The notes beneath the pieces were generated by a model that was given only the letters and a program-made list of their open reading frames with translations, did not search any database and was not told the DNA's origin. The position numbers and the translations under genes are program-made. Shown piece after piece: positions 59,774 through 64,000 of a DNA stretch of 64,000 bases (within the stretch, counting starts at the first letter, position 1; every line of letters starts with the position of its first letter). The stretch comes from an uncultured Spirochaetota bacterium (GTDB lineage: Bacteria > Spirochaetota > Spirochaetia > SZUA-6 > Fen-1364). Where the stretch lies: the NCBI GenBank assembly GCA_963781885.1, contig CAWAHW010000002.1:160001-224000 (forward strand), written 5' to 3'.

Positions 59774-60640
59774 CACGCTCACGCAGGAAACCGGCGAGCT
59801 CTCCGAGGGCAGCGCCGGCAGGTCCTCCTCTCACGGCCGCCAGCGCCGCGCATGCTGCTTCCGCGGCGTCCGCTGCCTTTGCGCGCAGAACCATGTGCGA
59901 AGGGAAAGCCGCATCCCCGTCTGAAAGGTCATCCGCGATCTGGAAGAGCAGACCCAGGGCGCTGCCGTATTCGTCGAGGCCGCGGACCATCGGCGCCGTG
60001 CCCCCGCCGATGAGGGCTCCCGCCCTGCAGCATGCGGCAAGCAGGCTCGCCGTCTTGGCTTCCGTGATGCCGAGGTATTCGTCGATCGTCGCGTCCCGTC
60101 CCGCCGACCGTATCCCTTCCTCGAGTATTTCCCCCTGGCACATCCGCGCAGTCACCGTGAGGAAAGCATCGAGGAGCTCCTGCCGCACGAGCGCGCCGGT
60201 CCCCGGCAGACCGGATATCTCCTGGAAGAAGCGCGCGTAGAAGAGATCGCCGACGAGCACAGCCGCGGTCCTGCCATAGGATATGTGGAGGCTGGGAGAT
60301 CCCGGCGATTGTCAGAGCCGTCGACGATGTCGTCGTGAGCGAGAGAAGCCGTATGCAGGAGCTCCACGGCTGCCGCGGCGCGCACGAGCGGTTCCGGGGC
60401 CATCTCCTCCGATCCCGCCGCGCGCGCCGCCAGCAGCACCAGCATGGGCCGCAGCATCTTGCCTTCGTTCAGGAAGAGGTGGCGGACCGGGGCATGTATC
60501 GACGCACCGCGCCCGCCGGGCAGCAATGACACCTGTCCCACCTCTTCCAGGATGGCCTCGATCCTGCGCGCGACGCGGAGCAGGTCACTGGCCACGGGAA
60601 CGGCGAAGCGCCGCAGCGCCTCGTCGGTCCCCGCGACGAC
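59751..60640 (-). CDS. Polyprenyl synthetase family protein (frameshifted at ~60270-60300; start approximate; short C-terminus)
   Basis: GKMLRP, ELLHTASLAHDDIVD..RR, LVGD, GEILE, KTASL, GLLFQIADDLSD. Confidence 0.8.
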
Positions 60641-60642
60641 GC

Positions 60643-61213
60643 TTACTTGGGTATCCCGCCCGGCCACTTCGCGAAGGCCTCGATGTGCTGCCAGTAGGCG
60701 GGGAACCCGACGATGATCCAGACCACCGCGCTTCCCAGGGCCGCGATGGCAACCAGGATGCGCAGCCATTTCAGCTTCGGGAAGGCGAGGGCGGGGAGCG
60801 TGATGATGGCCGTGCCGCCCGTGATGGCGAAGCCTCCCGCCGCGGCAAGCGGTTCCGAAGTCAGGCCCAGATTCAAGATGCGCACGCCCAGGAGGACCGC
60901 CACCGCGCCGGCAAAGAACGCGTAGATGCCGATCGTGAGCAGGTTCCAGCCGAACGCCACGGAAATGCCGGCCGACGAAGAGGAAGCCGCCGAAGAGCAC
61001 CGTCATTTCCCCGTACATGATGTTGTAGGGGCCGGGGAGCGGCCAGTTGAAGATCATATGGAAGCCCGCCACGAGCGCGATGGCACCCGTGAGCAGGTAC
61101 CCCGGGATGACCTTCTTCGGGTCCTTGTCGATCCATTTTCCAATGAACAGGGCGTGGATGACCAAGGCAGCCACCATGTTGACGAGCATCAAGGTCAGGA
61201 AATCTATGAACAT
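60643..61213 (-). CDS. DUF981-like membrane protein, frameshift near 60970
   Basis: MFIDFLTLML, WPLPGPYNIMYGE, hydrophobic helices, AYWQH; AGGAGG RBS. Confidence 0.75.
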
Positions 61214-61297
61214 CGTGTACCTCCTGACGGGAAGACAGCATTTTGCTGTATGCTTATACAATAGCTATTTGGTAATATATTGGCAAAGGCGAAGCGA

Positions 61298-62326
61298 ATG
61301 GCGAAAAGGGCGATCTGGCGTGAAGCTTTGAGCGTTGTCCCTGCGATCTCGCGGGAAGAATGGGGCACGCTGGGCCTGTTCTCCCGGTGGATGGTTTCCA
61401 GCAGGGCCGCCGTGCTCGTCATGACATTCGTTTCCAGCGCCGCCGCCGGGCTCCTTGCCCTTCGCGACGGCGTCGTGCGGCCCGTGGCGTGGCTTGTGAT
61501 GACCGTGGGCCTCATGCTCGGGCACGCGGTGAACAATCTCCTCAACGATTACACGGACTTCCGACGCGGCGTGGACACCGACGACTACCTGCGCACGCAG
61601 TACGGCCCGCAGCCGGTCGCGCAGGGGCTCCTTTCCCCGGGCGCGCTTCTTGCGTTTGCCTGCGTGACGGCCGCGGTCGTGCTTGCCTGCGCGGTCACGC
61701 TCTTTTTCATGGACGGGCAGGACCCCATGGTGCTGCTGCTCCTGGCGCTTGCATCGGTCTTCGTGCTCTTCTACACGTGGCCGTTGAAGTACGTAGCGAT
61801 GGGGGAGCTTTCGGTCCTCCTGGTCTGGGGTCCGATCATGATCGGCGGCGGCTCCTATGTGCTTGCCCGGCACTTCGACCCGGTCATCCTCCTTGCCGGC
61901 GCGCCATATGCGCTCTGCGTCACGACGGTCATATTCGGAAAGCACATCGACAAGATGCAGCTCGACCGCGCGAAGAAGATCCACACGCTGCCCGTCCTGA
62001 TCGGGGAAAAAGCGTCGCGCATGTCCATTGTCGTCATGACGGCATTGGCTTTTGCCGCAATAGCGGCGCTTATCGATCTGCGCTACTTCACTCCGGCAAT
62101 GGCCGTCGTAATTGCATCGCTTCCGGCGCTGAGGAAGACGCTTCCCTCCTTCTTCCGCCCGCGGCCTTCCCAGCGGCCTGCGGGATTCCCCGAGGGCAGG
62201 GGAGGCTGGCCCTTGTACTTTGCGCCTCTTGCATTCGTGGGCACGCGCGCTTTCGGCCTTTGGTACCTTGTGGGGCTGTGCGCGGAGGCTGCCCTGCGGC
62301 ACTTCATTCCGGGATTCTGGCGATAG
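61298..62326 (+). CDS. menA: UbiA-family prenyltransferase, MenA-like
   Basis: NLLNDYTDFRRGVD, FYT.PLKY..MGE, HIDK..D..KKI.TL.V.IG; start may be 61280. Confidence 0.75.
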   Translation: MAKRAIWREALSVVPAISREEWGTLGLFSRWMVSSRAAVLVMTFVSSAAAGLLALRDGVVRPVAWLVMTVGLMLGHAVNNLLNDYTDFRRGVDTDDYLRTQYGPQPVAQGLLSPGALLAFACVTAAVVLACAVTLFFMDGQDPMVLLLLALASVFVLFYTWPLKYVAMGELSVLLVWGPIMIGGGSYVLARHFDPVILLAGAPYALCVTTVIFGKHIDKMQLDRAKKIHTLPVLIGEKASRMSIVVMTALAFAAIAALIDLRYFTPAMAVVIASLPALRKTLPSFFRPRPSQRPAGFPEGRGGWPLYFAPLAFVGTRAFGLWYLVGLCAEAALRHFIPGFWR

Positions 62327-62358
62327 GATCGCCCCTCCGCTGTCGCGCGCGCCGTTCC

Positions 62359-63864
62359 TCAGCGCCCGGCTCCAAGGTGCTCTTTCATGAGCGGCCCGAG
62401 GGCGCGGTAGCCTTCATACCTTTCAGCATAGGCAGCCTGTTGACCGAGATCTGGCTCGAAGCGCTCCCCGAGTGTGACCATGGATGACACGGCGTCAGGG
62501 AGGGACGAAAAGACACCCGCGCCCACTCCTGCAAGCATTGCCGCACCAAGGCTTCCCGCCTCCGCCACGTGCGTGCGGAACACCGGCCTGCCCAGTATGT
62601 CCGCGGTGATCTGCAGCCACGCATCGGACTTGCTCCCGCCGCCCACTGCGCGCAGCTCCCGCATCGAGATGCCTGCCTCGGCAACCGAATCGACAAGCTC
62701 CTTGTGATAGAAGACGACCCCTTCCATGATGCCCTTGAGGATGTCCCCGCGTGTGGTGTCGAGCTTCAGGCCGACAATGACGCCCGAGGTGTCGGTGAGG
62801 TAATCCGGTGGACCGGTGACGGTGAAATGGGGAAGCACGAAAACGCTCGACGGACCTTGTGGTATCTCCCGCATGAGCGCCGGGTAGACATCCGTTCCCG
62901 CGCGGTCCGCGGCTTCCCTGTCCGCCCGCGCGAACGTGTCGCGGTACCATTTCACAAGAAGGCCGCCCTGGTTGTAGATGAAGGTGACGAACCTGCCCGG
63001 CGCCGCGTGGCACTCCGTGCTCAGCCCCCAGCGCATCATCGGGCCGGGCGGCTTTCTGCCCGCAAACACGGGCATGAAGCAGAGGTACGTGCCCATGCCG
63101 CTCATGCCCATGCCTTCATCCACCACGCCGCAGCCGAGGGCATTGGCGCATTGATCGTGGGTGCCGGCGACAATCATCGTTCCCTTCTCGAGGCCCAGCT
63201 CCTCCGCAAGGGGTCCTGACACGGCGCCAATGCGCGCGCCCGCGGGAACGGGGTCCGGCAGCTTCGCGATGTCGATGCCGGCAACTTCGGCGATCTCACG
63301 GGACCAGCGGAGTCCGTCCACGTCGAAGAGAAGCGTGCGCCCCGCCAGGGCATAGTCTACCGCAGGCTCTGCCCCGAGCATGAGTGAGACGAAACCGCTC
63401 CAGAGCAGGAGCTTCCAAGCGGCCGCGTAGACGGCGGGCGTGTGGTCGCGCACCCACATCAGCTTGGGCAGGCTGTACTGCGTGCCCAGGATGTTGCCAT
63501 TGATGCGATAAAGCCTCTCCGCCCCAATTCGCGTGGAAAGGAGCGGCAGGTACTCTTCGCCCCTGCTGTCTATCATGAGAAGCGATGGCCCCAGTATCTG
63601 CCGGTCCCTGCCCACGGGGACAAGCGATTCTCCCATCGATGACACGGCGAGGGCTTTGACCGGGTCCCTGCGCACACCGTGCACCGCCTGCGTGATGGTG
63701 CGCCGGACTTTGGTCCATACCTCCGCGGGGTCCAGCTCCAGCCATCCCGGCTGCGGGCGCACCATGTCGTACTCGTCGTAGGCAAAGGACAGGGCGCGCC
63801 CGTCTTCTGAAAACACCGTTGCCTTGCAGCCGGTCGTCCCCACGTCGATGCCCAGCAGGCTCAT
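62359..63864 (-). CDS. FGGY carbohydrate kinase
   Basis: LLGIDVGTTGCKA, SSMGE, DSRG, GTHDQ, MEGV, GGGSKSD.W.Q..ADI, LGAAMLAG. Confidence 0.92.
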   Translation of the reverse strand: MSLLGIDVGTTGCKATVFSEDGRALSFAYDEYDMVRPQPGWLELDPAEVWTKVRRTITQAVHGVRRDPVKALAVSSMGESLVPVGRDRQILGPSLLMIDSRGEEYLPLLSTRIGAERLYRINGNILGTQYSLPKLMWVRDHTPAVYAAAWKLLLWSGFVSLMLGAEPAVDYALAGRTLLFDVDGLRWSREIAEVAGIDIAKLPDPVPAGARIGAVSGPLAEELGLEKGTMIVAGTHDQCANALGCGVVDEGMGMSGMGTYLCFMPVFAGRKPPGPMMRWGLSTECHAAPGRFVTFIYNQGGLLVKWYRDTFARADREAADRAGTDVYPALMREIPQGPSSVFVLPHFTVTGPPDYLTDTSGVIVGLKLDTTRGDILKGIMEGVVFYHKELVDSVAEAGISMRELRAVGGGSKSDAWLQITADILGRPVFRTHVAEAGSLGAAMLAGVGAGVFSSLPDAVSSMVTLGERFEPDLGQQAAYAERYEGYRALGPLMKEHLGAGR

Positions 63865-63904
63865 GCGCTCTAGCAGCGTCCGGACGGGCGCCGTTGTCAA
63901 GGCC

Positions 63905-64000
63905 GCCACGGTAGTCCGTGGCATTCGTCCGGCCACGGTAGTCCGTGGCATTCGTCCGGCCACGGTAGTCCGTGGCATTCGGCCCGGCCACGGTAGTCCG
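63905..64000. repeat. Tandem 27-bp palindromic repeat, at least 3.5 copies, running off the window end
   Basis: Unit GCCACGGTAGTCCGTGGCATTCGTCCG at 63905, 63932, 63959 (28-bp variant) and 63987 (partial); each contains a GCCACGG-TAGT-CCGTGGC hairpin. Confidence 0.92.

Noticed and set aside
60152-61261. Apparent DUF981-polyprenyl synthase fusion ORF
   Set aside because: Created by a frameshift near 60970; the DUF981 C-terminus and stop lie in ORF 60643-60960.
63865-63978. N-terminal (MPRTTVAGR)n extension of the FGGY kinase
   Set aside because: This is translation of the DNA repeat; the family N-terminus (LLGIDVGTT) begins at ATG 63864.
63905-64000. CRISPR array
   Set aside because: The period is only 27-28 bp, the intervening sequences are essentially identical, and no cas genes are visible.

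Overview
High-GC bacterial chromosomal segment. The 'FANGGAEK' leader of the sugar-binding protein and the gene content suggest an anaerobic Spirochaetia member (inference). About a dozen single-base frameshifts in otherwise intact genes point to an unpolished long-read assembly. Main blocks: (1) 1-8.1 kb, the 3' part of a sugar-phosphate-utilisation (SPU)-type bacterial microcompartment locus: 2 near-identical BMC-H, 1 BMC-Tdp, 4 BMC-P, encapsulation-peptide-bearing aldehyde dehydrogenase and DeoC, RpiB, Rpe, aldose epimerase, an upstream SrlD-like SDR and a downstream YghZ-like reductase; RpiB and DeoC carry non-canonical active-site residues. (2) 8.6-21.6 kb, a sugar catabolic locus beside an IclR gene (UroD-fold protein, SDR, AllA-like cupin, ABC transporter, two FGGY kinases, AraD-like and UlaE-like epimerases) with no recognisable UlaD decarboxylase. 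(3) A dispersed anaerobic purine-degradation set (ygeY, purine deaminase, ygfM-xdhD-ygeW, mocA-like, adenosine deaminase). (4) A ~1400-aa RelE-like/SF1 helicase/TPR protein, a candidate defence or conflict protein. (5) Housekeeping and accessory genes (activase, icd, SPFH+Arc, TetR/MFS with visible operators, lipid enzymes, FTR1 with an IscR-type box, prenyltransferases). (6) A palindromic 27-bp tandem repeat at the right edge. No rRNA, tRNA, CRISPR array or transposase was recognised. All family assignments come from motif recognition by eye, not database searches.
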